Assembly: GCA_025060695.1 (NCBI GenBank) | Contig: JANXBH010000009.1 | Location: 584 to 64,583, forward strand | DNA: 64,000 nucleotides | Direction: 5' to 3' | Source: a candidate division WOR-3 bacterium | Lineage (GTDB): Bacteria > Hydrothermota > Hydrothermia > LBFQ01 > DSFT01 | In this document: one piece after another, positions 32,568 to 43,116 of the stretch | Layout of the letters: each line of letters opens with the position of its first letter | How positions within the stretch are numbered: the stretch's first letter is position 1 | Notes under the pieces: model-generated | Seen by the model: the letters and a program-made list of their open reading frames with translations, nothing else | Databases searched by the model: none | Told to the model about the DNA's origin: nothing | Translations under genes and position numbers: made by a program

Positions 32568-33562
32568 AAGTTTCCGAAATTTCAAAATATGTAAATAAGC
32601 AATTTGAAGGAGAAGATATTGATATTTCTTATGTAAGGGATATTAAGGATGCGGATGAAAAATCATTGGTATTTTTATTTGATAAAAAAAATGATATTGA
32701 GAAAAGCGTAGGTCTTGTAATTAGCACTATAAAGCCCGAAAGATTAAAATATAAATCCATAATAATAGTAGAGGACATAAAATTAGCTATGATAGACATA
32801 TTAAAATTATTTGATTGGCATAAGTCCTCAAATAAAGGTTATATATCAGAAAAAGCCAAAGTAGAAGAAAATGTTGAAATTGGAGAGAATACCACAATCA
32901 TGGATTTCTCTTATATATCAAGCAATTCAAAAATAGGAAAAAACTGCCTAATTTATCCTTTTGTATTTATAGGTGAAAATGTAAAAATCGGAGATAATTG
33001 TATAATATATCCCCACGTATACATAGGTGAGAATTGTATAGTTGGGAACAATGTAATACTTCACTCAGGAGTAAAGATTGGAGCAGATGGTTTTGGATAC
33101 TACAAGAATAGAAAAGTTCCCCAAATAGGAAATGTAATAATTGAAGATAGCGTTGAAATTGGTGCAAATACTTGTATTGATAGAGCTACGATTTCAAGCA
33201 CTATTATTATGGAGGGAACGAAGATAGACAATTTGGTTCAAATAGCACACAATGTTATTATTGGGAAAAATTGCTATATTGCTTCACAAACAGGTATAGC
33301 AGGTAGTAGCAAAATTGGAAATAATGTAATAATTGCTGGACAGGTAGGCATAGCTGATCATACCATTGTTGAAGATAATGTAATTTTACTTGCAAAAACT
33401 GGAGTAAATGGAACATTGAAAGCGAATAATATTTACGGGAGTGCCTTACCTCCCTTTGAAAGAAACCAATACTTAAGATTAATAAACATTATAAAGAAAT
33501 TACCTGAAATCTACGAAGTATTCAAAAGGCTAATTTCTTCAAACAGAGAAGAATCCAAGTAA
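32564..33562 (+). CDS. lpxD: UDP-3-O-acylglucosamine N-acyltransferase
   Basis: Hexapeptide repeats, [23 protein letters not shown]. Confidence 0.95.
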   Translation: MKVSEISKYVNKQFEGEDIDISYVRDIKDADEKSLVFLFDKKNDIEKSVGLVISTIKPERLKYKSIIIVEDIKLAMIDILKLFDWHKSSNKGYISEKAKVEENVEIGENTTIMDFSYISSNSKIGKNCLIYPFVFIGENVKIGDNCIIYPHVYIGENCIVGNNVILHSGVKIGADGFGYYKNRKVPQIGNVIIEDSVEIGANTCIDRATISSTIIMEGTKIDNLVQIAHNVIIGKNCYIASQTGIAGSSKIGNNVIIAGQVGIADHTIVEDNVILLAKTGVNGTLKANNIYGSALPPFERNQYLRLINIIKKLPEIYEVFKRLISSNREESK

Positions 33563-35439
33563 AAACTATAATACTTATCATCTACGATAATATCATAACC
33601 ATCTACAAAATATATATAATCTTTATAATTCATAGAGCCATAGAAGTTATTACCTCTTTTAACAATATATCCATTTTCAAATGCCAAGAATTCCAAGTCA
33701 GACTCTATATTACACTTATCACTCATAGAACCCTTTGTTTTTATTTGAGATTTTAAAGAACCGTCCTTATGATATGTGGATATTTTCCCATTTTCATAAA
33801 CTATAGATACATAGTCATCAAACCTTTCAATGTACTTAATAGGTTTTGATATATCCCTTGAAAGAACTTGCTCTACTTCCCAAAAAGGTGTAAATATCAA
33901 GATGCCATCACCATCTACTATAAGAATATATTTTTTATATGGAGAAATAACCTTTATTTCACTACCTGAAACTTTATATTCTTTGTGTATTGATAAATCG
34001 TTTAAATTCAGAAATTTCACGATGCCTTCCTTTGTGCCCAAAATAACCTCTCGGTTATATATTAAATAAGAAGACACATTCAGATCATAACTTGTCTGAA
34101 CTTGACCATTTAATTTACAAACATCAAATTTTTCATTATAAAATAAAATCAAGTAATTTCCTGTCCATACAAAATCCTTAATATTTACTTTTAGAGTGTG
34201 TAGTTCAGAAAAATCGTTGGCGCTTACAACTTTTAACACTCCATCATCTGCATATGCGAACAAGTAATTGTCATATAACTTTACTTTTACTACATTACCC
34301 TTAGAAATGGGAATTTTCCTATATTCCTTGAAAGTATTAAAGGTTTTAAAAAGCAATTTATCTCTTAACTTGTATACTATTAAATATCCGTTAGAACCTA
34401 CTACTACATAATTTTCATTAAAGTCAATACTATAAACCACTTCATTTATGGAACTAATACTTTTCATCTTTAAATCTCCCAAGTCCAACAATTTCAAACT
34501 ATTCAGCTTATCAACACTAATCATAAGATTGTTTCTAAATGAAAATGCCACTTCATCTGAAAGTGAAATCACTACTGATCTTTTTTCAAAATCGTAGAGG
34601 TAAAGAATATTATCTTTCATAGCAATATAGCTTTCAAGTGCAAAGACTATATTTTCTGTCGTAAAGTCTATTTTATAAATATTTGAGAAAGCTCTTTCAT
34701 TTTCCTTGGCATAAAATATCTGCCCTTCATGAACAATTACAAAATATTCATTTATATCAATCTTTGTACGTTGCTGAGGTAGTTTTTCATAGACATCCGC
34801 TAAGTCATAAACTACTTCATTGTCAGATATTCTTATACCTTGCTTTATTTTTCCATAGAATACATAAACGATATCTCCATTAGATTCTAAAGCCTCAATT
34901 TTATAGGGAAAAACTTTTTCAGTTATCTTTGTCTCAGATTTAATATTATAAACGATAAGTTTTTCACCTAATGCATAATATAGATAATCTCCAAGGACTT
35001 CGTATGGTCCATAGCCTGCATTCAATACCCCTATTTCCTTTAGAAAGTAAAAATAGTTATCGTAATAAATCCAAAACCTTACTAATCCATCTTCACCTCT
35101 ACTATAAAGTAGATTATCCTTGAATTTTATATCTTTATAAAAACTTCCTTTTGGAAATTTAAACTTTAAAACGGGATAAGAAAACCCCTGCTTTTTAAGG
35201 TTTTCTATAAGTTCTTGCGATATTATACCATTTAGAACCTCAGAAGCTGATAAATCAATAGAAAGAGCTCCTTTTAGTAAACTATAAAAACCACCTAAGA
35301 CCTTATTAGTATCTATACCCATCTCCTTAGATAGAATTTCTGCAACAACTTGCATCCTTATGGAACTTCCCATATATAAATTATAGTACTCTACAAATCT
35401 TTCTATAAAGGCTTTCTCCCAATCGTTTAGCTTTATCAT
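33511..35439 (-). CDS. WD40-like beta-propeller protein
   Basis: [30 protein letters not shown] repeats. Confidence 0.65.
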   Translation of the reverse strand: MIKLNDWEKAFIERFVEYYNLYMGSSIRMQVVAEILSKEMGIDTNKVLGGFYSLLKGALSIDLSASEVLNGIISQELIENLKKQGFSYPVLKFKFPKGSFYKDIKFKDNLLYSRGEDGLVRFWIYYDNYFYFLKEIGVLNAGYGPYEVLGDYLYYALGEKLIVYNIKSETKITEKVFPYKIEALESNGDIVYVFYGKIKQGIRISDNEVVYDLADVYEKLPQQRTKIDINEYFVIVHEGQIFYAKENERAFSNIYKIDFTTENIVFALESYIAMKDNILYLYDFEKRSVVISLSDEVAFSFRNNLMISVDKLNSLKLLDLGDLKMKSISSINEVVYSIDFNENYVVVGSNGYLIVYKLRDKLLFKTFNTFKEYRKIPISKGNVVKVKLYDNYLFAYADDGVLKVVSANDFSELHTLKVNIKDFVWTGNYLILFYNEKFDVCKLNGQVQTSYDLNVSSYLIYNREVILGTKEGIVKFLNLNDLSIHKEYKVSGSEIKVISPYKKYILIVDGDGILIFTPFWEVEQVLSRDISKPIKYIERFDDYVSIVYENGKISTYHKDGSLKSQIKTKGSMSDKCNIESDLEFLAFENGYIVKRGNNFYGSMNYKDYIYFVDGYDIIVDDKYYSFYLDSSLFEEISLLNTS

Positions 35440-36431
35440 ATTTCACCTCCCATTTTAACTATAACCTTAATGGCCTCTGGTTTTTTTGCAGTTTTAAATG
35501 CTTGGTCTATTTCATTAAAATTAAATCTATGGGTTATAAGTTCTGATGGTCTTATTAAGCCTGATACAATTAAATTTAGAGCTATCCTTGTATCAAGCGG
35601 TCCTGAGGAATAACTTGGAATTATAGATATTTCATTAAAATAAATATAGTTTACATCTAAGTCTAATGTTTCAGAAGGAGGAGTTGGAGCAAATAGTATA
35701 ATTTTTCCTCCTCTATCAACGATTTTTAAAGAAAATCTTATTGCATCAATCGAAGGGGGACCAACTACAACTATATTAAACTTTTCCTTATAATCAAAAT
35801 TTTCTGGGTGAAATACCTCATCTAATCCTGACCAATTAGTTCCTAAAGTTCTTCTATTTTCGTAAAAATCAAAACCCACAACTTTACCTACTCCAAATTG
35901 TTTCAACAACTTTGCATTTAAAAGACCCATAAATCCAAGACCTATTACCGCTACTTTATCTAAGTAAGTTATTTTTAGTTTTCTTATTGCTTTTACTGAA
36001 CAAGCAAGCGGTTCTATTAAAGCAGCGTCTTCATCACTCACAAAATCAGGAATTTTTAAAATATCTGTTTTATATATATTCTCAGGAACACTTATTATTT
36101 CACTAAAGCCACCAGGATATATTTTATTTTTTCTCCAGATATCACAGGAAGTATATTCTTCGCGCTTGCAATAAATACATTGCATACACGGACCATGATG
36201 ATGAACAAAAACTCTATCTCCTATGGAAAAATTATGTATATGTTCTGGAAGTTTTATTATTCTGCCGACAATTTCATGACCCGGCGTATAGGGAGATTTG
36301 GACTTGACGTACCATTCCATTAGCTCTCCAGTGCAAATTCCACACAGAGTAACTTTAACTAAAAATTCATCATATATTGCCTCTTCAAGAAAACGCAGAT
36401 CATCATATCCATTAAATAATAAATATTTCAA
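35436..36431 (-). CDS. Zinc-binding alcohol/polyol dehydrogenase
   Basis: CGIC, GHE, CMQCIYC, IEPLAC, GLGFMG. Confidence 0.92.
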   Translation of the reverse strand: MKYLLFNGYDDLRFLEEAIYDEFLVKVTLCGICTGELMEWYVKSKSPYTPGHEIVGRIIKLPEHIHNFSIGDRVFVHHHGPCMQCIYCKREEYTSCDIWRKNKIYPGGFSEIISVPENIYKTDILKIPDFVSDEDAALIEPLACSVKAIRKLKITYLDKVAVIGLGFMGLLNAKLLKQFGVGKVVGFDFYENRRTLGTNWSGLDEVFHPENFDYKEKFNIVVVGPPSIDAIRFSLKIVDRGGKIILFAPTPPSETLDLDVNYIYFNEISIIPSYSSGPLDTRIALNLIVSGLIRPSELITHRFNFNEIDQAFKTAKKPEAIKVIVKMGGEI

Positions 36432-36904
36432 TGATTTTCTTTTAATGCGTTAATTATTTGCTGTTCAAACCATTCTTTTGGACGATAGCCTACAGCTTTT
36501 GATTTTATTCTTCTATCCTTACCAATTATAAATGTAGTGGGAAGACCAGTAATACCTCCAAATAAGTTTTCTATTTTTTCATCGGAATAACCAATAGTAT
36601 AGTTTATACCCATGGACTTTGCAAACTCTATAACCTTATCCGGCTCTTCATTAACGTTCAATCCTATAAATTTTACTTCATTTTTATATTTTTCTTGAAG
36701 TTCTATAAAGTGAGGTATTTCTTTTAAACAAGGGGGACACCACGTCGCCCAAAAATCCACAACTAAAACCTTCCCATCAAAATTAGACGTTTTTACTAAA
36801 TTACCATGCACAGTTTTAAACTCAAAGTATATTTTTTCCTCTTTAGTATTTACTTTATTACAATTTAATACAAAAAGTAGAGCAAAAAGGATACGGTTTA
36901 TCAC
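36428..36904 (-). CDS. TlpA-family thiol-disulfide oxidoreductase, probable lipoprotein
   Basis: DFWATWCPPC, GLPTTF; N-terminal LFVLNC. Confidence 0.92.
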   Translation of the reverse strand: MINRILFALLFVLNCNKVNTKEEKIYFEFKTVHGNLVKTSNFDGKVLVVDFWATWCPPCLKEIPHFIELQEKYKNEVKFIGLNVNEEPDKVIEFAKSMGINYTIGYSDEKIENLFGGITGLPTTFIIGKDRRIKSKAVGYRPKEWFEQQIINALKENH

Positions 36905-36907
36905 CTT

Positions 36908-37822
36908 TTACTTAAATTTAAATACAATTTTTTCTAACTTTATTCCTCCTCCTTCATAATAACCAGGCTTTAGAACAAGGTTTCCTTCTTCAACAGGTAG
37001 TCTAGACATTATAAACTGCCTTAACATTCTCATTCTTTCCTCCATTACAGCCATACCTTCTGGGCTTGGATAATAAGTTATTTCAATAGGGGAAGTCCAA
37101 GGATAGTTTTCCTTCAATATATTTAAAGCTTCAATTATTCTATCTTCTTGACCCTCTCTAAATACCGCAAAACCTCTCTCAAATACGTCTCCAATATCTA
37201 CTATAGTGTATTTATATCCGCCCTCTTCATAGTAATAGCCCTTTACTGAAAATGGCTTACTTAGTTCCCTTCTTGTTTCTCTCCCATCAGAAACTGTAAT
37301 TCTATAGTGGAATAATTGTCCAGGTTCTGTTACCGCTTTTCCTTTAGTATCTTTTCCATCCCAATAAACGAATTCTGGTAACTTACCCTTACCTGAATAC
37401 TCTTTTAGCTTATTACCCCAAGAGTCATAGATTTCTATCTTCCATTCTTTTACGTTTTTATACTTTTTGTTGAATTCACCGACATTAAGAGGAATATCCT
37501 TATAGACATTTATAGGGAAAATAGGCTGTCTTATAAATAAATTTTCAAGTTTGATTACTTTCCTAATTTCATCTTCTATAGTTTTTGGAAGTCTGAGTTC
37601 TAATTTCCTTTCCTTTCTATATAAAAGTGAGTCAATTGGCTCAAATGGCTCAAGAGAAACGTCAGTTATTGGCTTTAAAGCATCATCTATGGAATACTCT
37701 GCTTTCTCAACTACTTCTTCCTCTTGTTCTGTACCCGCACCCTGACCCGTTGGAGCTTCCTGACCTTGAGACATAAGTATTCCTATAAATCCAAATAATA
37801 TTAAAATCTTAAAGATTCTCAT
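36908..37822 (-). CDS. Exported protein with FlgD-like Ig domain and degenerate OmpA-like C-terminus
   Basis: Signal peptide; WKIEIYD..G..LK.YSG...VYWDGKD..G; C-terminal DVFERGFAVF...ERMRMLRQFI. Confidence 0.6.
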   Translation of the reverse strand: MRIFKILILFGFIGILMSQGQEAPTGQGAGTEQEEEVVEKAEYSIDDALKPITDVSLEPFEPIDSLLYRKERKLELRLPKTIEDEIRKVIKLENLFIRQPIFPINVYKDIPLNVGEFNKKYKNVKEWKIEIYDSWGNKLKEYSGKGKLPEFVYWDGKDTKGKAVTEPGQLFHYRITVSDGRETRRELSKPFSVKGYYYEEGGYKYTIVDIGDVFERGFAVFREGQEDRIIEALNILKENYPWTSPIEITYYPSPEGMAVMEERMRMLRQFIMSRLPVEEGNLVLKPGYYEGGGIKLEKIVFKFK

Positions 37823-37834
37823 AATTATAACCTC

Positions 37835-38959
37835 TTACGTTAAAACAAACCTTACAGTTAATCTTCCTTTTTCCTCTGCTTTACCGGGTTTTGGAGCAAA
37901 CTTCCATTGACTTAGTGCCTGAATTGCAGAATTATCCAAGTCGGGATATCCAGATGACCTTATTACCTGTATGTTAAATACACTTCCATTAGCATCTACT
38001 GAAAACGAAAGCACAACAGTTCCTTCCCAACCCTGCTGTTTTGCCCTCTTTGGATATACAGGTTTTACTCTATTTAGAATTTGTCTATTCGCTACTTCTC
38101 CTTCTAACTGCATACCAGCAGGTGAAGAAACACTAGCTACTTCTTGGACTGCAGGAGCAGTTACTGTAGGCTTACTCACCTCAATCTTAACTTCACTCGC
38201 AAGACTTGGGTTTTGGGCTAAGCTAACCGCTTTTCCGCCTCCTCCTATTCCACCTCCCACGTCAGTTCCAAGACCAAGACCTCCACTTGCTCCACCTTCA
38301 ATACCTCCACCGAGTGATATAGCAGGAACTGCTTCCTGTGATAATATATCAGATATACTTGCTCCCCTACCTGTCACACCTACCACTACGTCAGCCACAC
38401 CAACATCAGCCAAGTTAGCAGAACTTATATCTATTTCGGCTTGTAAATTAGCTATACCTTCTATATTCATTTTATTTAAATCAACCTTAACGTCAAGTTG
38501 CTCAGTTTGAATAGAAGGTGAACTAAGTAGTCTTGGATCTATGTTTACATTAATATCAAGTTTTGGACCTCCTCCAAGACCAGGGGTAGGCTTTGGTAAT
38601 TCTGTAGATTGCGTTTGAAGCTTAGGACTTAAATCTATTTTCTTTTGATCACCTGGCTTATCATCTTTCTTTGCTGTTTCTTGTTGTTTCTTCGGTTCCT
38701 CTTTCTTCTGGACTTCTTTCTTCATTTGTTCAACTTTTCTTTGGAGTTTAGGATTGATAAATTTACTCTTCATCGCTCTTTCTTCAAGTAGTTGTATTTC
38801 TCTTAATCTAGCTTCTTCAATCGCCCTAGCTATTTGACTCCTTAAAGTCCAAAGGATGCCTGCATGTATCAAGATAGCAAATAGAAGGAATATTATGAAC
38901 CTTTTCTTTGAACCCTTGTCTTCTTGCCACTCTGGCAAAACCACTTGTCTCTCTCTCAT
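37835..38959 (-). CDS. TonB-family energy transducer
   Basis: TM helix with His (AILIHAG), long Lys/Pro/Gly linker, TonB_C PVYPKRAKQQGWEGTVVL...SSG...LD..A...WKF. Confidence 0.93.
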   Translation of the reverse strand: MRERQVVLPEWQEDKGSKKRFIIFLLFAILIHAGILWTLRSQIARAIEEARLREIQLLEERAMKSKFINPKLQRKVEQMKKEVQKKEEPKKQQETAKKDDKPGDQKKIDLSPKLQTQSTELPKPTPGLGGGPKLDINVNIDPRLLSSPSIQTEQLDVKVDLNKMNIEGIANLQAEIDISSANLADVGVADVVVGVTGRGASISDILSQEAVPAISLGGGIEGGASGGLGLGTDVGGGIGGGGKAVSLAQNPSLASEVKIEVSKPTVTAPAVQEVASVSSPAGMQLEGEVANRQILNRVKPVYPKRAKQQGWEGTVVLSFSVDANGSVFNIQVIRSSGYPDLDNSAIQALSQWKFAPKPGKAEEKGRLTVRFVLT

Positions 38960-38969
38960 ATTCTACCTC

Positions 38970-39401
38970 CTATGTTTTCTTAACAACTGCCAACGTTATT
39001 CTCTTACTACCACCTCTTTTTACTGCGTCAATAGTATTTAAAACTGTTTGCCAGTCAACTGATTTATCTGCTCTTATTACAACTAATTGTTCTCCAAGTT
39101 CCGCATCTGGATTTTTTGCTTTATATTCTTCCTGCGCTGATTTTATAAGTTGAACTAATTCTTGCAAACTCACCTGTTTGTCTTTTAAATATACAGTTTT
39201 ATCTTTCTTTATAGAGACTGCCAAGCTTTGCTCTAAATCAGCCTCTATAACTCTTGCTTTTGGAACTTCAACCTCTACACTAGTACTCTGAAACATCTGC
39301 TTTGACGCAATAATCAACGTTATGAAAATGAATGCAAATATATTAGCAAGGTTAAATACCGCTTGTGCTACTTCTCCTTCTCCACCTTTTGCCTTGGCCA
39401 T
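38970..39401 (-). CDS. ExbD/TolR family protein lacking the conserved TM Asp
   Basis: VVIRADKSVDWQTVLNTIDAVK; TM FNLANIFAFIF. Confidence 0.88.
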   Translation of the reverse strand: MAKAKGGEGEVAQAVFNLANIFAFIFITLIIASKQMFQSTSVEVEVPKARVIEADLEQSLAVSIKKDKTVYLKDKQVSLQELVQLIKSAQEEYKAKNPDAELGEQLVVIRADKSVDWQTVLNTIDAVKRGGSKRITLAVVKKT

Positions 39402-39404
39402 AAT

Positions 39405-39839
39405 TTAACCTCCCCTCTTCATTATCAAAACATCACCCGCTCCTTTACTTTTTAGAAAATCGATCATTTGAACAACATTTTCATAAACAACTTCAGGATC
39501 AGCAGACAGTAAGGCATTTTTTTCTATACTTCTAGCTAATAACTTTGGTACAAGGTCTTCAAGTTGTTCCTGAGTAACAGGTTTTTTATTTAACTCAATT
39601 ATTCCGTCTGCTCTCATATGTATACTAACCTTTACGTCAGTTTTAACTTGTTTTTGTTGTATAGGTCTATTTAACTTAGCAGCCATTGACCTACTTATAA
39701 AAATTCCAGATTCTACAATAAATGGAATAGTTAGAACGAAAACCTTAACCAAAGAACCCATTACATCTGTCAAAGAAATGAGGCCCGCTGCTGGGACCTC
39801 TGCTTCAACACTACCGTGTTCTAACCTTCTTTTTGGCAT
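39405..39839 (-). CDS. ExbD/TolR family protein
   Basis: SLTDVM TM motif; LSADPEVVYENVVQMID. Confidence 0.88.
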   Translation of the reverse strand: MPKRRLEHGSVEAEVPAAGLISLTDVMGSLVKVFVLTIPFIVESGIFISRSMAAKLNRPIQQKQVKTDVKVSIHMRADGIIELNKKPVTQEQLEDLVPKLLARSIEKNALLSADPEVVYENVVQMIDFLKSKGAGDVLIMKRGG

Positions 39840-39844
39840 TTAAA

Positions 39845-40501
39845 TCACCCCCTCGCAGTCTGATACTCTTTCAAAATAACTAAAAATTCTTGAACAGATG
39901 CTTCTATTCTTGAAATAAGAACCTCTACACTTCTATTGAAAATATTAAAGAAAATTATTGCCAAAACTGCTATTATTAGACCTGTCCAAGTAGCAACAAG
40001 CGACGTAGAAATACCTTCTCCTACAACTTCAGGACCACCTGTTCCAGTTACCGCTATCTCGTGGAATGCGTGAATAAGACCATCAACTGTTCCAAATAGA
40101 CCAAGAAGAGGAGCCAAAACGCTTATAACACTAATTGCAGTTAATCTCTGGGTTAATCTATCTTTCTCGTTGAGTATTCTTGCATACATTAACTTTTCCA
40201 CTTCCTCAGGAGGTAGTTCTGCGTTTTGAAGACCTACTCTTAGAACATTTCTTACAGGAGTATCTGCATCTCCTAATCTCTTCATTGCACCTTCAATATC
40301 ACCTTCCCTTAGATGAGTAAGAGTTTCCTTTACTATCCTATTGGCATCAGCCTCCTTCCTTCTGTTATAAGCTATAAATCTCTCTATAATAAGAGCTATG
40401 AGAAGTATGGAAACAACAAGCAATATGAACATCGGGAAACTTGAGAAGTAGGTTTTGGGTCCTACCACACCATCCCAAACTGCATATAGTTTAAATATCA
40501 T
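39845..40501 (-). CDS. MotA/TolQ/ExbB proton channel family protein
   Basis: APLLGLFGTV.G, GIS.SLVAT..GL. Confidence 0.93.
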   Translation of the reverse strand: MIFKLYAVWDGVVGPKTYFSSFPMFILLVVSILLIALIIERFIAYNRRKEADANRIVKETLTHLREGDIEGAMKRLGDADTPVRNVLRVGLQNAELPPEEVEKLMYARILNEKDRLTQRLTAISVISVLAPLLGLFGTVDGLIHAFHEIAVTGTGGPEVVGEGISTSLVATWTGLIIAVLAIIFFNIFNRSVEVLISRIEASVQEFLVILKEYQTARG

Positions 40502-40518
40502 CCTCTCGCACCTCCTTT

Positions 40519-43116
40519 TTATTTAGGTAAGATTTCTAAAATTTGATCTATTTGGCTAACCATTTGAGTATTTCCTTCCTGTTCATATAAGGTTCTCGCC
40601 TGTTGTAAATAATTTATCGCTTCTCTTGAATTTCCTAATTGCGAATAAGCCCATCCTATGTTAAAGAGTATTTTGGATTTGTTCTTAGTTTGAGGAAACT
40701 TCTGTAATGCTTCCTGACCAATTTGTATAGCAGAACCAAAATCGTTTGTAGCCAAATATGAAGTCATCAAATAGTTATATACATCCTCTATATTAGTCCC
40801 ATCCGGGAAAAAGTCCTTATATTTCTTCAAAGCTTGTATAGCTTGCTGATATTTCTTGTGCTTTAAATACAATGCTCCAGCAGTATATAATGCTTCTGGT
40901 GTTTTCGGACTTTTTGGAAACTCATTTGCAACTCTAAAGAATAAATCTGCTGCTTTTTCCTCATCACCAGCTTGATAACTCTGTGCTGCTTGATAATATA
41001 AAGCTTCTGCTGCTTTATCGCTTGCAGGATATTTCTGTGCAAGTTGCTCTGCATATTTAGGATCTTGAGTAGATGCTGCAAGATAAACATCCTCAACTCT
41101 CCTCCTTACATCTGGAGCAAGTTCGTGATCAGGATATAAATATAGGAATTTTTCATAAACCTGTATAGCCTTGTCAAATTCCCTGTTAATAGTATAGTTT
41201 CTACCTAATGCATACATTGCTCTTGGAGTTGTTGGATGCCCTGGAAAGTGCTCAACTTCCCACTCTAATAGAGCAATTGCTTTATCAACTTGCCCCGCCT
41301 TTAAATAAATATCCGCAGCTCTAAAAGCAGCAAGTGCAGCCCTTGGGTGATCTGGATATTCGTTTACCACTCTCTCCCAAAGTTTAACTGCATCACCATA
41401 AGATTTTAAAGCTAATGCAGCAAATCCTTGGAAATAAAGGGCTTCACCACTTTCATATCTTGGTGTATACAAAGCAGAGATTGCAAAGTCCTTAAATGCA
41501 TCCATATATTCACCTTTATTAAATTTCGCAACACCTTTGCCTAAGAATAATGCAATTATAAGTGAAGTATCACCTCTTGCTCTAACAGCACCATCTATGG
41601 AATTAAAGTGTGACAATGCATCATCGTATCTCTTTTGATGATAAGCAATCCATCCAAGTCCAAGTCTTGAAAGTATTACTAAATCTCTTGTTAATTGTTT
41701 TTTGATATTTATATTATATCTTAATTCTGCCTCAGGATAAGCTCCTGCATAGTAGTGTGCTTCTGCTAAACCGTAAACGTACCATCCTTTCCATAGGTCA
41801 AAAGAAGTATCTTGGACTTCTGGTCTTAAGGTATCTTGCATTTCAGCATAATAAATATTACCTTTTAATAATGCTTCTTTGAATTTTCTATCACGAACAA
41901 GTGATAGCATTTCCATAGCCATGGAAGGTTTTCTAAGAAATGTCTTTTTATAGTTTTCTATTACTAGCTCAAAGTTTTTTGCAGCAGCTGTATATTTACC
42001 TAAAGAATAATCAATAGCACCCCTTCCATACTCGCCTATACCTGCTTCTTCAGGTGGGAACTTCATCTGTCTTAACTGATCTGCCATGGTATAGGATTTT
42101 AGAGTATCTCCCACATAAAAGTTGGCTTGCATTAGCCTAATAAATGATACATTGTATATATCTTGGTCATTTGCCTTTGCTAAGGCAGCTTCATAATACT
42201 TTACAGCTTCTTTATATTTTGCTTTCGCGTCATCTAATTTTCCTTCGGCTTTATACTGACGACCCCATTCCTTCTCAGCATTACCAGCAAAGTATGCTGC
42301 TAAGTTTGCAAATTCAAAATTTTGCTTTTTAGATATCAGAGTTAGCTTTTCTATTGCAGATTGATATTCCCTCATTCTATATAGAGATATTCCCCAATAG
42401 TACTGAACCCAATCTGAAAATAATGAACCATGATATTTTTCTATAAAACTCTTTGCCAATTCAGCAGTACCTTTATAGTCTGCATATATGAAATTTGCTT
42501 CTACCATAGCATATGCAATAAATGGTTCTCTCGGTGTATTTTTATATCTTTCTAATAGGACTTTATAAACACCAATTGCTTCTAATGGTCTTTGTAAAAG
42601 CGCCAAACTTCTTGCATAATAAAATTGAGCTTCAGGAATATCTTTGATATCTCTTAATTTTTCAATTGCTTCATCGTATCTTCCCTCTCTATAGTCTATA
42701 ATACCTAATAGCATCTTAGTTCTATTAGAGTTTTTATAATAAGGATATTTCTGAAGCTCCTGAATTACCTGCTTTGCTTCCTTTGGATCTCTAAAATTAG
42801 TAAAGAATACAGCAATAGCATATGCAACTTCACCTTTTAAATATGGAAGCTTCTTCTCAACATATCCATCTTTATATAATGCCATAAATCCATCGTAAGC
42901 ATTTTTATAATTACCCTTATTGAAATTACACTCAGATATTCTATATAAAAATTCCTTTTCATATCCGAATTTCCTTGCATCAGAAAGAAGTCTCTTGTAT
43001 ATTCTTTCAGCTCTATCGTATTTACCAGCAAAGAAGAGAGCCTCAGCTTCCCTATACGACTTATAAAATTCTTCATATGTTAAGCTTATAAGCACATTTA
43101 AGAACATATTCATCAT
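40519..43116 (-). CDS. Large periplasmic TPR protein (BamD/CpoB-like repeats)
   Basis: TPR repeats throughout; YPDHP..A.A.F/Y type turns. Confidence 0.88.
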   Translation of the reverse strand: MMNMFLNVLISLTYEEFYKSYREAEALFFAGKYDRAERIYKRLLSDARKFGYEKEFLYRISECNFNKGNYKNAYDGFMALYKDGYVEKKLPYLKGEVAYAIAVFFTNFRDPKEAKQVIQELQKYPYYKNSNRTKMLLGIIDYREGRYDEAIEKLRDIKDIPEAQFYYARSLALLQRPLEAIGVYKVLLERYKNTPREPFIAYAMVEANFIYADYKGTAELAKSFIEKYHGSLFSDWVQYYWGISLYRMREYQSAIEKLTLISKKQNFEFANLAAYFAGNAEKEWGRQYKAEGKLDDAKAKYKEAVKYYEAALAKANDQDIYNVSFIRLMQANFYVGDTLKSYTMADQLRQMKFPPEEAGIGEYGRGAIDYSLGKYTAAAKNFELVIENYKKTFLRKPSMAMEMLSLVRDRKFKEALLKGNIYYAEMQDTLRPEVQDTSFDLWKGWYVYGLAEAHYYAGAYPEAELRYNINIKKQLTRDLVILSRLGLGWIAYHQKRYDDALSHFNSIDGAVRARGDTSLIIALFLGKGVAKFNKGEYMDAFKDFAISALYTPRYESGEALYFQGFAALALKSYGDAVKLWERVVNEYPDHPRAALAAFRAADIYLKAGQVDKAIALLEWEVEHFPGHPTTPRAMYALGRNYTINREFDKAIQVYEKFLYLYPDHELAPDVRRRVEDVYLAASTQDPKYAEQLAQKYPASDKAAEALYYQAAQSYQAGDEEKAADLFFRVANEFPKSPKTPEALYTAGALYLKHKKYQQAIQALKKYKDFFPDGTNIEDVYNYLMTSYLATNDFGSAIQIGQEALQKFPQTKNKSKILFNIGWAYSQLGNSREAINYLQQARTLYEQEGNTQMVSQIDQILEILPK

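Noticed and set aside
37971-38510. 179-aa plus-strand ORF and the other short antisense ORFs in the track
   Set aside because: They lie opposite well-supported genes and have no motifs or start signals.
37835-40501. Ordinary TonB iron-uptake or Tol-Pal locus
   Set aside because: No TonB-dependent receptor, tolB or pal nearby, and the TM residues are atypical. Not fully excluded, since partners could lie elsewhere in this scattered genome.
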